Below, piece by piece: positions 32,576 to 41,897 of a stretch of DNA of 64,000 bases; the stretch's first letter is position 1; every line of letters begins with the position of its first letter. Location of the stretch: contig JBFWJS010000002.1 of the NCBI GenBank assembly GCA_050253075.1, forward strand, positions 576,001 through 640,000, read 5' to 3'. Made by a program: the position numbers and the translations under genes. The notes beneath the pieces were generated by a model that saw nothing but the letters and a program-made list of their open reading frames with translations, searched no databases and was not told where the DNA came from. This stretch comes from Deferribacterales bacterium. GTDB taxonomy: Bacteria; Chrysiogenota; Deferribacteres; Deferribacterales; Geovibrionaceae.

Positions 32576-32655
32576 GTCATCCTGAGGTTTATACCGAAGG
32601 ATCTGACCACATCTTTCCTATTGTAGTTCATATTCTTCGTTTCACTCAGAATGAC
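32576..32655. repeat. Palindromic intergenic repeat
   Basis: GTCATCCTGAG...CGAAGGAT...ATTCTTCG...CTCAGAATGAC. Confidence 0.8.
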
Positions 32656-32664
32656 CAATTGATT

Positions 32665-33195
32665 TTAATCTTCTTTATAAAGGCTGAGGTAGCCGTCTCC
32701 ATAGAGGTATACCACGTGCATGTCGGCAAAGGCGGGTGCGTTCTCTTCCTCCAGAGCCAGCAGAAGCTGGTATGTCTGCCCCGCTATGGAGAGCAGAGTG
32801 AGCAGTCCGTCACGTATCTCGCTGTCTTCGTTCAGCAGTTTATTGATCTTTCTGATGTCCTTTCGGGCCCCCTTCACCTGAATGCGGTTTCCGCTTTTGG
32901 CGGTGTCTATTTCGAATGAAGGCTCGTTGGTCAGACCGTTCATATTAAGGAGAAACTCCATCCTGTCGCGTAAATAGGAAGAGAATTCCATAATGTTTTC
33001 CAGACTGGGAAGAAATGACTCGATGTCATAGTCTATCACTTCTTCGTTTACGGCGAGGTTTTCCAGCCTGTCCAGATCCTCGAAAGCAGTGAGTGTATTT
33101 AATAAAACAGCCGATGCATCAATGTCTTGAGCTACTGTATAGCTATGCTGATGTCCGCTGTTGTTACCGTTAAAGTTAGAAAAATCGTGATCCAT
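32665..33195 (-). CDS. Hypothetical protein, paralog 4 of tandem array
   Basis: Shared core NGLTNEPSFEI...IQVKGARKDIRKINKLLNEDSEI; GAGGTG RBS. Confidence 0.8.
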   Translation of the reverse strand: MDHDFSNFNGNNSGHQHSYTVAQDIDASAVLLNTLTAFEDLDRLENLAVNEEVIDYDIESFLPSLENIMEFSSYLRDRMEFLLNMNGLTNEPSFEIDTAKSGNRIQVKGARKDIRKINKLLNEDSEIRDGLLTLLSIAGQTYQLLLALEEENAPAFADMHVVYLYGDGYLSLYKED

Positions 33196-33218
33196 AACGC
33201 ACCTCTTACTCTGTAAAA

Positions 33219-33234
33219 AGCAAGAGGCGCGCCA
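33219..33234 (-). promoter_or_regulatory. Sigma54 (-24/-12) promoter motif
   Basis: TGGCGCGCCTCTTGCT, 24 nt before the ATG at 33195. Confidence 0.7.
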
Positions 33235-33246
33235 GTTTTTAAATGA

Positions 33247-33855
33247 TTATAATGAATAAGTTTTTCCGTCCGATAAAATGTCGATGCCTTCACCGTATCT
33301 TATGGATGGCTTATGGTCTGATCTGTTCTCGTCAAAGAGAAAGGCATATCTGTCGAAAAGGTCTTCTGCATCATCGCCCGCAGCGTATTCCCCCTGAAAA
33401 GCAAGGGTCTCCGCCATGTTTATGATGTCAGATGCGACATTCATTGCGCCCTTGATAAAGTTCACAATATCTGAGTCGCTGTTGATCATCTCGGCTATCT
33501 GCTCGATGTCCTCTCTGTCCCCCGTGACAACAACCTCAGTCTTTGTATAGCTGTAGGATATCTCTACCAGCGGGTTCCTCGGGATGCCGTTTTTCATAAA
33601 CAGCCTGTCGAGCATGTAGTCGAGCCTTTCGGATATCTCCTTCAGGCTGTCGAACTCTGTTATCGGGTTTTCTGTTCCATAGACGGCTGTACCTGTGACG
33701 CTCACCTGCTTGATGGATATCTGAGTATTTCCTTCGCTCATCATCTCCATCAGGGCTTCTTCAAAGGCTTCGCTGTCGCCGGATTTTTTCTCACTGCATT
33801 TGCCAAAGCCCATATCGGCTGCGGCATTGCCGTTTACCATAAACGGGAAATTCAC
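33247..33855 (-). CDS. Hypothetical protein, paralog 3 of tandem array
   Basis: Core NGIPRNPLVEISY...VVVTGDREDIEQIAEMINSDSDI; GTG start overlaps the upstream TGA. Confidence 0.8.
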   Translation of the reverse strand: MNFPFMVNGNAAADMGFGKCSEKKSGDSEAFEEALMEMMSEGNTQISIKQVSVTGTAVYGTENPITEFDSLKEISERLDYMLDRLFMKNGIPRNPLVEISYSYTKTEVVVTGDREDIEQIAEMINSDSDIVNFIKGAMNVASDIINMAETLAFQGEYAAGDDAEDLFDRYAFLFDENRSDHKPSIRYGEGIDILSDGKTYSL

Positions 33856-34481
33856 GCATCACCTCCGCTATTTATAAAATCATAAAGCTCGGAATACACC
33901 TGACCGTCAGACAAAAGTGCAGGCTCGGAGCCATACATGTAAGACGCTTTTGCATTCACCTTATTATCGTTGAAGAGGTAGGCATACTTGGCGACAACAG
34001 CCTCGGGATTGTTACTATTGCGGTATTCTTCCTGAAACTTTATAGACTCCTGTATGGCCATAGCCGTCTCGGAGATCGCCAGATATGTACGGGTATATTC
34101 CTTCATCTCAGGGTCAGAGTTTATCAGCTCTTCGATCTCGGCTGCGTCCTCTCTGTTCCCTATCACTTTGACCTTATTATCAGCATATGAATATGACAGC
34201 TCCACAGGCGGATTCTTGCTGATGCCGTTCTCTTTATAGAGATTGTCCATCAGCTCGTTCATCCCCTTTGTCAGCATAGCCACATTCCCCATGGAGGGTA
34301 ATAACAGCTCAGAGTCTAAGAGCCCTGTCTTCGTGGTGTCCATGTCGGATTTATCAAATGATATCTCGCCGTTTTCAGACATCTCTGCCAGAGCATCGTC
34401 AAAGCTGACATAGTCCGCATTGACGTTTACCGAGGACTGCTGAGCAACATATGTGCTGTGTTCGGATGATGTTACATACAT
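33852..34481 (-). CDS. Hypothetical protein, paralog 2 of tandem array
   Basis: Core NGISKNPPVELSY...VKVIGNREDAAEIEELINSDPEM. Confidence 0.8.
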   Translation of the reverse strand: MYVTSSEHSTYVAQQSSVNVNADYVSFDDALAEMSENGEISFDKSDMDTTKTGLLDSELLLPSMGNVAMLTKGMNELMDNLYKENGISKNPPVELSYSYADNKVKVIGNREDAAEIEELINSDPEMKEYTRTYLAISETAMAIQESIKFQEEYRNSNNPEAVVAKYAYLFNDNKVNAKASYMYGSEPALLSDGQVYSELYDFINSGGDA

Positions 34482-34491
34482 GCCGTACCCC

Positions 34492-35481
34492 TTATGCGCT
34501 TTTCACTACTGAATCAGATGCGTCTTCTGCATCTTCAGTGTCGATGTTGTTAAGGGAATTTTTGTTCTCTGCTTCCTCTTCTCTGTACATCTTCATGCTG
34601 TAGCTTTCGATGGCCATGGCGTATTTGTTCTTATCAGTTCCGTGATTGAACATAGCCGCCGCCCTCGTGCGCTCGATACTCAGCATAAGCTGCTGATATG
34701 ATGTGAGTGCGTCTGTCTCATCCGCATTCTCATCAACATCATCGGCTGCTTCCTCGCTTGCGCCGTTATCGTCACGGGCTGCTGCTTTTGTTTTCTTCTC
34801 TTCCTCTTCCTCCGGGTCTAGCTGGAGAAAGACCATAAGCATCAGTTCCTTGATCTTTTCGAAAAGTTTTTTGAGCTCTTCGGATTCGGCGGCTTCCGCA
34901 TCGGCAGCTTCATAGATCTCTTGTGCAGCACCGAGAGGTCTGTCTGTGGTCACGGACGTTTTTGTACCGTAAATCAAACCGACTGTCGGCGGAGGCTCTT
35001 CGAGCGAGTCCATATAGTCTTTGTACTTAAAGATATTATCAGCGATAGTGACCAGCATCTGAGCTTTATCAAGGGAGGCTTTCAGCTCTTCCTTGAGCTC
35101 ACTGTCACCGTTAATAAGCTCGGCTATCCTGTCTGTGTCTTCTCTGTCGCCCTTTACGGTTATCTCATCAGACACGGCATCATACCCCAGCTCCACAGGC
35201 GGGTCTTTGGGCAGACCGTTAGCATCGAAAAATCCGCTAAGGGTTCCTTTCAGTTCCTGAAGGATCGATTCCATAGTGACAAGCTGAGAGACAAGCTCTT
35301 CCGCCTGCTCTTTGATATAGCCGTCATTTTCGGTGGAAGATTTTTCCGCCTCAGAAACTTCGTTCATAACTTCATCAAGTGTGTCGGCAAATGATGTTTC
35401 CGCTGTATACCCCTGTCTCTGGGCATTTGCGGTTTGCGTCGAAGGTGATATACTGTCAGATACCACGACTGCGTTATTCAT
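34492..35481 (-). CDS. Hypothetical acidic protein, paralog 1 of tandem array
   Basis: Core NGLPKDPPVELGY...ITVKGDREDTDRIAELINGDSEL; acidic low-complexity tail; AGGAGG RBS. Confidence 0.8.
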   Translation of the reverse strand: MNNAVVVSDSISPSTQTANAQRQGYTAETSFADTLDEVMNEVSEAEKSSTENDGYIKEQAEELVSQLVTMESILQELKGTLSGFFDANGLPKDPPVELGYDAVSDEITVKGDREDTDRIAELINGDSELKEELKASLDKAQMLVTIADNIFKYKDYMDSLEEPPPTVGLIYGTKTSVTTDRPLGAAQEIYEAADAEAAESEELKKLFEKIKELMLMVFLQLDPEEEEEKKTKAAARDDNGASEEAADDVDENADETDALTSYQQLMLSIERTRAAAMFNHGTDKNKYAMAIESYSMKMYREEEAENKNSLNNIDTEDAEDASDSVVKSA

Positions 35482-35505
35482 GGCTCACCTCCTTTCACAT
35501 CTAGT

Positions 35506-35521
35506 AGCAAGAAGTAAACCA
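35506..35521 (-). promoter_or_regulatory. Sigma54 (-24/-12) promoter motif
   Basis: TGGTTTACTTCTTGCT, GG-N10-GC, 25 nt before the ATG at 35481. Confidence 0.6.
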
Positions 35522-35632
35522 CAAAAAATACAAAATTTTTCCTTATTTCATTCAGAAGAGGCCGAGGCCTGAAAGACCCCGGCATTATTTATGCGTGGAT
35601 GAATGAGCAAATCACAGCTTTAGAGCATGAAA

Positions 35633-35765
35633 GTCATTGCGAGAAAGCCAGAGGCTGACGAAGCAATCTTAGGGTTAAGATTTTACTAAGACTAGCTCGG
35701 CAATAACCATCATGGACTCGTACAGCCTTCGGCTAGTGCCACAGCCCTACGGGCTTCGCAGTGAC
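35633..35765. repeat. Palindromic intergenic repeat nested in an outer inverted repeat
   Basis: GTCATTGCGAG...CGAAGCAATCT...TTCGCAGTGAC. Confidence 0.8.
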
Positions 35766-35872
35766 GCTTTTTGCATATGCTCTAGCTGTGACAACGAAGT
35801 TGTAACTACGTGCGTTAAGCATAATGGAAACATAGAACTCCTGGTTTACCCGGAGGAATCTATAGAAAGGTA

Positions 35873-36424
35873 TTAATCTTCAAAAAGCATAGCGTCACGG
35901 AGCTTCTGTGCGGTATCTTCCTCCACAAGCAGCTCCACAAGTGTGAATGCGAACTCTGCCGCCGTGGCAGGGCCTCGGCTGGTGATGATGTTCTCATCCA
36001 CCACTACTATCGCTTCCTGATAGTCGCTGTCCGCCTCGACAGCATCACGGAAGGAAGGATAGCTGGTGGCCATACAGCCTTTCAGCAGTTTTTTCTCAGC
36101 GAGTACGGCGGGAGCAGCACATATGGCGGCGATAAATTTTTCTTCCTCGGCAAATTTTCTCAGGAGGGCATCGGCGTCCTTGCTGGCGGCGATATTCTTC
36201 GCTCCTGTGCCTCCGCCGGGGAGAACCACCATCTCGTAATCGTCCTCTTCGACATCTTCGAGGGATTTATCAGGCTTTATAAGCAGCCCGTGGGCGCCCT
36301 TCACCATCCCTTCTTTCAGCCCGGTAACACAAACATCGACCTCTGCTCTGCGCAGGATATCTATAACGCTGACAGCTTCGATCTCTTCGAAACCGTCCGC
36401 AAGCAGTACTATCACTTTAGCCAT
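35873..36424 (-). CDS. DJ-1/PfpI family protein (YajL/ThiJ-like)
   Basis: GFEEIEAV, VLPGG, AAICAAP, ITSRGPATA. Confidence 0.92.
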   Translation of the reverse strand: MAKVIVLLADGFEEIEAVSVIDILRRAEVDVCVTGLKEGMVKGAHGLLIKPDKSLEDVEEDDYEMVVLPGGGTGAKNIAASKDADALLRKFAEEEKFIAAICAAPAVLAEKKLLKGCMATSYPSFRDAVEADSDYQEAIVVVDENIITSRGPATAAEFAFTLVELLVEEDTAQKLRDAMLFED

Positions 36425-36537
36425 TTGCCACCTCTGTTTTCATATATCACATAGAATACCAAAAACGGTTGAAATGAAACACCTGAATAATGTAAAATTT
36501 TGATAGTTTATTCAAAACCAAAGAAAAGGAAAATATT

Positions 36538-37887
36538 ATGAAGAAGATTTATCTGAGCCCCAGCGATATGCCTACACAGTGGTATAACGTTCTGGCTGAC
36601 CTCCCGCAGATGGCGCCGCCTATCAGCCCAATGACAGGCAAGCCCGCCACACCTGAAGAAATGCTCGCTATATTCCCCGCTCCTATCCTCGAGCAGGAGA
36701 TGAGCACCCAGAGATACATAGACATACCCGAGCCCGTTATGGACATCCTGACACTGTGGAGACCATCCCCAGTGGTCAGAGCCGAAAAGCTCGAAAAAGC
36801 TCTCGGCACGAAATGCCGCATCTATTACAAATACGAAGGCGTTTCACCATCGGGCAGCCATAAGACAAACACAGCCGTTGCACAGGCTTACTATAACAAA
36901 ATATCCGGCATCAATAAGCTCACGACAGAGACGGGTGCAGGACAGTGGGGGAGCGCACTCTCTTTCGCCACGAACATCTTCGAAATGTCTCTGAAGGTGT
37001 ATATGGTTAAAGTGAGCTACCACCAGAAACCATACAGAAAATCTTTCATGAACATGTTCGGCGCAGAGGTTATCCCTTCTCCGTCTACATTTACAAACGC
37101 AGGTAAGGCAGAGCTGGAGCGTGACCCTAACTCTAACGGTTCACTCGGACTCGCCATCAGCGAAGCAGTGGAAGAAGCTGTGATGAATAAGGACACTAAC
37201 TATGCACTCGGTTCCGTGCTGAACCACGTCATCCTCCACCAGTCCCTCATAGGACTAGAGGCTAAGAAGCAGATGGAGATAGGCGGAGACTACCCGGACA
37301 TGGTATTCGCATCATGCGGCGGCGGGTCAAACTTCGGCGGTATCGCAGCGGCATTTGTAAAAGATAAACTCGAAGGTAAAAAGGTAGAGTGTGTGGCTAT
37401 GGAGCCCCTCTCATGCCCTACCCTGACAAAGGGCGAGTTCGCTTTCGACTACGGCGACGTGGCAAAAATGACGCCTATCATGCAGATGTATACCCTCGGA
37501 CACGACTTCATGCCTCCCGCTATCCATGCGGGCGGTCTCAGATATCACGGCGACAGCCCTATCGTGAGCAAGATGTATAAGGAAGGGATAGTAGACGCCA
37601 GAAGCGTAGGCCAGCTCAATGTCTTCAAATACGGAACACTCTTCGCTAAGACAGAAGGTATCATCCCTGCTCCTGAGTCTTCACACGCTATCGCAGGCGC
37701 CGCTATGGAAGCTCTCGAGTGTGATAAAAGAGGCGAGTCGAAATCGCTCCTTTTCTGTCTGTCAGGCCACGGTCACTTCGACATGGCATCATACGACAGC
37801 TACTACGAAGGGAAGCTCGAAGACTATGCATACCCCGAAGAGGCTATCAAAGAATCACTGAAAAGCCTCCCGCAGGTCGAGCTTTAA
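36538..37887 (+). CDS. trpB2: Tryptophan synthase beta chain-like protein, TrpB2 type
   Basis: WYNV, SPSGSHKTNTA, TETGAGQWGSAL, GGGSNFGG, HAGGLRYHG, LSGHGHFD; no trpA adjacent. Confidence 0.9.
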   Translation: MKKIYLSPSDMPTQWYNVLADLPQMAPPISPMTGKPATPEEMLAIFPAPILEQEMSTQRYIDIPEPVMDILTLWRPSPVVRAEKLEKALGTKCRIYYKYEGVSPSGSHKTNTAVAQAYYNKISGINKLTTETGAGQWGSALSFATNIFEMSLKVYMVKVSYHQKPYRKSFMNMFGAEVIPSPSTFTNAGKAELERDPNSNGSLGLAISEAVEEAVMNKDTNYALGSVLNHVILHQSLIGLEAKKQMEIGGDYPDMVFASCGGGSNFGGIAAAFVKDKLEGKKVECVAMEPLSCPTLTKGEFAFDYGDVAKMTPIMQMYTLGHDFMPPAIHAGGLRYHGDSPIVSKMYKEGIVDARSVGQLNVFKYGTLFAKTEGIIPAPESSHAIAGAAMEALECDKRGESKSLLFCLSGHGHFDMASYDSYYEGKLEDYAYPEEAIKESLKSLPQVEL

Positions 37888-37896
37888 AATTAAAAT

Positions 37897-38466
37897 ATGA
37901 AAATATTACTTCATCAATGCTGTGGTCCTTGCTCCGTATACCCTGTAAAAGTGCTGAAAGAGCAGGGTCACAGCATTATGGGTTACTGGTATAACCCAAA
38001 CATACACCCCGTCACCGAGTTTTATAAAAGGCTCGAGACACTGAAACGTTTCAACGACGAAGAGGACATCAAGACCATCGTGGACGAAACCTACGGGCTC
38101 ACGGAGTTTGTCCGTATGGCTGCGTTCAGAGAGACCGAGAGATGCAGATTCTGTTATCAGATGCGTATAGAAAAGGCCGCTCAGATAGCCTCAAAGGGGA
38201 ACTTTGACGCCTTTACCACTACGCTGATGTACAGCAGATGGCAGGATCACGACATGATGAAAGAATTCTGCGAGATAGCATCGAAGAAGTTTAAGATCGC
38301 TTTCCACTATGAGGATTATCGTGAAGGCTGGCAGGAGGGGATAGACACCTCCAAAGAGCGCGGAATGTACCGCCAGCAGTACTGCGGATGCATCTATTCA
38401 GAGGAAGACAGATACAGAAAACAGCTTTCGAAATACTTCGCCGAGGGACGCTCGGTCTTTTTATGA
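37897..38466 (+). CDS. queH: Epoxyqueuosine reductase QueH
   Basis: LLHQCCGPCS, YNPNIHP, RCRFCY, YRQQYCGCIYS. Confidence 0.92.
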   Translation: MKILLHQCCGPCSVYPVKVLKEQGHSIMGYWYNPNIHPVTEFYKRLETLKRFNDEEDIKTIVDETYGLTEFVRMAAFRETERCRFCYQMRIEKAAQIASKGNFDAFTTTLMYSRWQDHDMMKEFCEIASKKFKIAFHYEDYREGWQEGIDTSKERGMYRQQYCGCIYSEEDRYRKQLSKYFAEGRSVFL

Positions 38467-39189
38467 CATACTGAGGGGCTTTTCCAGCCCGCATTCGTAA
38501 AGCAGCTTTTCATCTGAGAATATATCCGACGGCGTACCGTCTGCGGCTATGCGTCCTTCATGCATGACCATTATCCTGTCGCACATCTCATACGCCATAT
38601 CCAGATCGTGGGTTGCTATTATCTTTGTATGCTTAAAGGTTTTCAAAAGTTCTATCATGCGTCTGCGTGCTCTAGGGTCTAGCCCTGCCGACGGCTCATC
38701 CATAACGAGTACATCGGGCGACATGGCGATAACCCCCGCAAGGGCGGCTGCTTTCTTCTCTCCGCCGGAGAGCTTGTGCGTCATCCTGTCTTTCAGGTGC
38801 AGTATGCCCACGGCATCGAGTGATTCCTCGACCTTTTTATACGCTTCCTCAGGGGGGAAGCCCAGATTCAGCGGTCCGAAAGCCACATCATCTGCCACTT
38901 TCGGCATAAAGAGCTGGTCATCACTGTCCTGAAACAGCATACCGACAGTCTTTCGTATATTATTCAGAGTAGATTTTGTCACGGGCATTTCGCCTATGCG
39001 CACCTCGCCCTTTTGTGCGAGGAAATATCCGTTCAGGTGCCTCAGCAGGGTCGACTTCCCCGCTCCGTTCGCACCCACCAGCCCCACAGACTCGCCGTGG
39101 GTAATGCGGAAAGATATATCATGCAGAACTTCTCTGCCTGTGCTGTAAGAAAATGAGAGGTCAAAAGCCTCGACTAAATGATGACTCAT
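38461..39189 (-). CDS. nikO: ECF Ni/Co transporter ATPase (NikO/CbiO)
   Basis: Start corrected to ATG 39189 (TGATG overlap); GANGAGKS, FQDSDDQLF, LSGGEKK, DEPSAGLDP. Confidence 0.88.
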   Translation of the reverse strand: MSHHLVEAFDLSFSYSTGREVLHDISFRITHGESVGLVGANGAGKSTLLRHLNGYFLAQKGEVRIGEMPVTKSTLNNIRKTVGMLFQDSDDQLFMPKVADDVAFGPLNLGFPPEEAYKKVEESLDAVGILHLKDRMTHKLSGGEKKAAALAGVIAMSPDVLVMDEPSAGLDPRARRRMIELLKTFKHTKIIATHDLDMAYEMCDRIMVMHEGRIAADGTPSDIFSDEKLLYECGLEKPLSMS

Positions 39190-39998
39190 CAGAGCACCCC
39201 TGTGACAGCCCCGCCTAAAAGCATGGGCACATTGTATATTCTGAAAATAATGAAAAGTCCGCACCAGAAAAGCACGAACAGCATATCGCTTCTGCTCATT
39301 CCGCAGTCTCCGCTACACCTGATCGTTCCGTCAAAGCCACGGGAAAACATCGCAAGGTGTATCCGCTGCGCCCTGTCCATAGTGCGCAGGAGCAGATGAC
39401 CGAGGAACGACACATACAGCCTGAACCCCATCTTTTTACCGAAGAGCCGCATGGAGCTCGCCGTGAGCATCCTGTCCGCCTCCTCCATCAGCACAAAGAT
39501 GTATCTGTAGAGGAACATAAGCTGAACCACGAAAACCTTCGGCACGTACAGAGACTCCATAGCACTGCATATGCGTGTGAACCCCGTGAGGCTGATGAGC
39601 ACCAGAGCAGCCGTTACCGTAAGTGTGAAGCGGAGCAGTATGGATAAGAACGACACCCACCCGCCGGAGATATCCAAACCGCCGATATTCGCCACCACAT
39701 GATGGTCTATCAGAGGATTAAATATGCCTATGACCACGGCAAAAGGAGATACTATCAGCACGCTCTTCATGAAAAAACGGGCAGAAAGCCCCCCGTAGGA
39801 TATCATCACCGCAGGGAAGATATAAAAAGGTAAAAGCTGAAGAACAGTATACTTATCAAACGAAGCGACTGTGATGATAAAGAACAATGTCGCTATCAGT
39901 TTGGCCTGCGGGGCAACCCTGTGTAAAGGGCTGCCCATCTCGGCCATTTCGTCTATGTATCTGAATCTTAGGAAATGTCTTTCTATGCTGGACATCAA
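39189..39998 (-). CDS. nikQ: ECF Ni/Co transporter T component (NikQ/CbiQ)
   Basis: SPLHRV.P.AKL, YRYIFVL, RAQRIHLAMFSRGFDG. Confidence 0.88.
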   Translation of the reverse strand: MMSSIERHFLRFRYIDEMAEMGSPLHRVAPQAKLIATLFFIITVASFDKYTVLQLLPFYIFPAVMISYGGLSARFFMKSVLIVSPFAVVIGIFNPLIDHHVVANIGGLDISGGWVSFLSILLRFTLTVTAALVLISLTGFTRICSAMESLYVPKVFVVQLMFLYRYIFVLMEEADRMLTASSMRLFGKKMGFRLYVSFLGHLLLRTMDRAQRIHLAMFSRGFDGTIRCSGDCGMSRSDMLFVLFWCGLFIIFRIYNVPMLLGGAVTGVL

Positions 39999-41021
39999 TT
40001 AGATACCGGTGACAACACCGCTTTTCCTGCGGAGCAGCGCACCCGCACCGAATGCCAGCAGGAGAGTAAGACCGCCGCCGACAATACCTGAAACTGATGT
40101 ACCCGCACTGACAGCAGGCCAGCTCTCTTCGCCCCCCTCTTCTTCTCCGGATGTTTTAAACCCGTAGTCGGGGAGGAAAGATGTTTTCTCCTGAACACTG
40201 CTTGCGGAATTATAAATGCCGTTGTCCGGTGTTGCGAGCTCTTCATGCCCTGATGTTTTAAACATGGACCACTCGAGTCCGTCCGGATTGCTTGATGCGA
40301 ACCAGCTGAGCACTGCACCTGTGAAAACAGCAAGGATGAGTATTGATACCATAGTCTTTTTCAGGCTGATGGCTGAGAGTGAAGCCCCTGTGAGAACCTC
40401 AGGACGCTCTCTCCATACAAACATAACAACAGCCGCAGTAACGAGCCCTTCCACAACGCCGATAGCGAGGTGAACAGGCTGCATCATCAGCACAAATGTA
40501 CTGAAAGGAAGCTCTGAAATGCCTGAGAAGACTGTCTCGAGAACCACAAAGAAAGCACCGAGCTGGAGACCTATCACAGCGGCAGTAAATGAGCCCGCCG
40601 TGATCAGCTTGCCCGATGTTTCATCCTTTGCTATCAGCTTATATATAAAAGGATAAGCGACAAAACAAGGGAAGAACCCGAGATTGAAAATGTTGCAGCC
40701 GAGGGCGAGTATACCGCCGTCAGCGAAGAAGAACGCCTGTATCGTCAGAACAGACGCTATGGTAATGAATGCCGCATATGGTCCGAGCAGAATAGCGAGG
40801 AGCATAGCTCCGCCTAAGTGCCCGCTCGAGCCTGTGGCCGGGATTGTAAAATTGATCATCTGCGCCGCGAAAACGAACGCACCAAGGACACCCATAAGAG
40901 GGATCTTTTTCTCATCTAGTGACTTTTTAACCTTTGCCGAACAGTAAGCAAGCAGCCCGCCTGAAACAGCCCATCCCGCAGCGCCAACGGCAGGGGAGAG
41001 TAATGCATCTGCCATGTGCAT
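39999..41021 (-). CDS. nikMN: ECF Ni/Co substrate component fused to PDGLE domain (NikMN)
   Basis: N-terminal MHMAD, QMINF, SSGHLGG, ASSNPDGLEW, PDYG. Confidence 0.88.
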   Translation of the reverse strand: MHMADALLSPAVGAAGWAVSGGLLAYCSAKVKKSLDEKKIPLMGVLGAFVFAAQMINFTIPATGSSGHLGGAMLLAILLGPYAAFITIASVLTIQAFFFADGGILALGCNIFNLGFFPCFVAYPFIYKLIAKDETSGKLITAGSFTAAVIGLQLGAFFVVLETVFSGISELPFSTFVLMMQPVHLAIGVVEGLVTAAVVMFVWRERPEVLTGASLSAISLKKTMVSILILAVFTGAVLSWFASSNPDGLEWSMFKTSGHEELATPDNGIYNSASSVQEKTSFLPDYGFKTSGEEEGGEESWPAVSAGTSVSGIVGGGLTLLLAFGAGALLRRKSGVVTGI

Positions 41022-41057
41022 AAAACACCTCTAAAAAAATAATTGTGCAGAAAAATA

Positions 41058-41480
41058 TCAGCCGAGATTGCTGCCCGTAGTACCCTTTGTCATTGTGCAG
41101 TGCTTTAAGCCTTTGATAGACTTCAGCCCCGCATAAAGACTGTTTATACGGCCGGCGTCCCCTTTGACCACAAGTACCTCCATGCAGTTATGATGATCCA
41201 GATGCACGTGCTGGGAGCAAAGCACAAGATTTTCAAAATCGTGCTGTGTCGCAACTAGCTTCTCCATCAAACCGCTCTTGTGGTGGTCGTACACGATGCT
41301 GATAGAAGCAGCCACTACACTCCCTTCCTGCCATTCGTCCTCCACCAGAACATTCCTTATCAGGTGCTTCACACCCTCGGAGCGACCGGGGAATCCGTTT
41401 TCGTCGAGAAACTTTTCAAATTTCTCAAGGAGAGATTCTTCTATCGATACCGTAAAACGTACAACCTTTGACATACACAT
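41058..41480 (-). CDS. nikR: Nickel-responsive regulator NikR
   Basis: RFTVSI, RSE, VYDHH, QH, HVHLDHHNCME. Confidence 0.95.
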   Translation of the reverse strand: MCMSKVVRFTVSIEESLLEKFEKFLDENGFPGRSEGVKHLIRNVLVEDEWQEGSVVAASISIVYDHHKSGLMEKLVATQHDFENLVLCSQHVHLDHHNCMEVLVVKGDAGRINSLYAGLKSIKGLKHCTMTKGTTGSNLG

Positions 41481-41483
41481 CCC

Positions 41484-41510
41484 GTAATACTTTTCTTAAA
41501 ATAATATTAC
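41484..41510. promoter_or_regulatory. Putative NikR operator
   Basis: Perfect dyad GTAATA-N15-TATTAC immediately upstream of nikR-nikMNQO. Confidence 0.7.
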
Positions 41511-41560
41511 CACGCTTCAAGCCCCTTGCATAGAAAAAACTTACGGGTTAATATTCATGT

Positions 41561-41782
41561 ATGAACTTTGATCTGGGTAAAACATTAATAACAATCGGCG
41601 TAGTGATAATAATAGCAGGCATTTGCGTCGTCATAGCCGGTAAGCTGGGGATAAACTTCGGCAGGCTCCCCGGCGACATTAATATCAGAAAGGACGGCTA
41701 TTCTTTCCACTTCCCTATAGTCAGCTCTATCATCATCAGCATAGTACTGACAGTCATACTGAATTTATTCTTCAGAAAATAG
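41561..41782 (+). CDS. DUF2905 family small membrane protein
   Basis: GRLPGDI...FHFPIVSSIIIS. Confidence 0.88.
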   Translation: MNFDLGKTLITIGVVIIIAGICVVIAGKLGINFGRLPGDINIRKDGYSFHFPIVSSIIISIVLTVILNLFFRK

Positions 41783-41897
41783 TGATGCAGTAATATTTTC
41801 TGCTTGAATATTTGAAAATAAAGAGTATCTTTCAGAAATTCACCATGAAAAGCAGTGCAAACTGCGTATCTGGGCTTATATTTCGGAGGCTCAAGAA

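Noticed and set aside
31256..32655. Clustered repeats as a possible CRISPR array or tRNAs
   Set aside because: Repeats are not identical or regularly spaced, no cas genes, and no tRNA T-loop/D-loop consensus
32530..32919. 129 aa + strand ORF
   Set aside because: Begins inside palindromic repeats and runs antisense to paralog 4; no RBS or motif
39190..39264. N-terminal extension of the ECF ATPase given by the ORF track
   Set aside because: Lies inside nikQ; ATG 39189 in a TGATG overlap is the more plausible start
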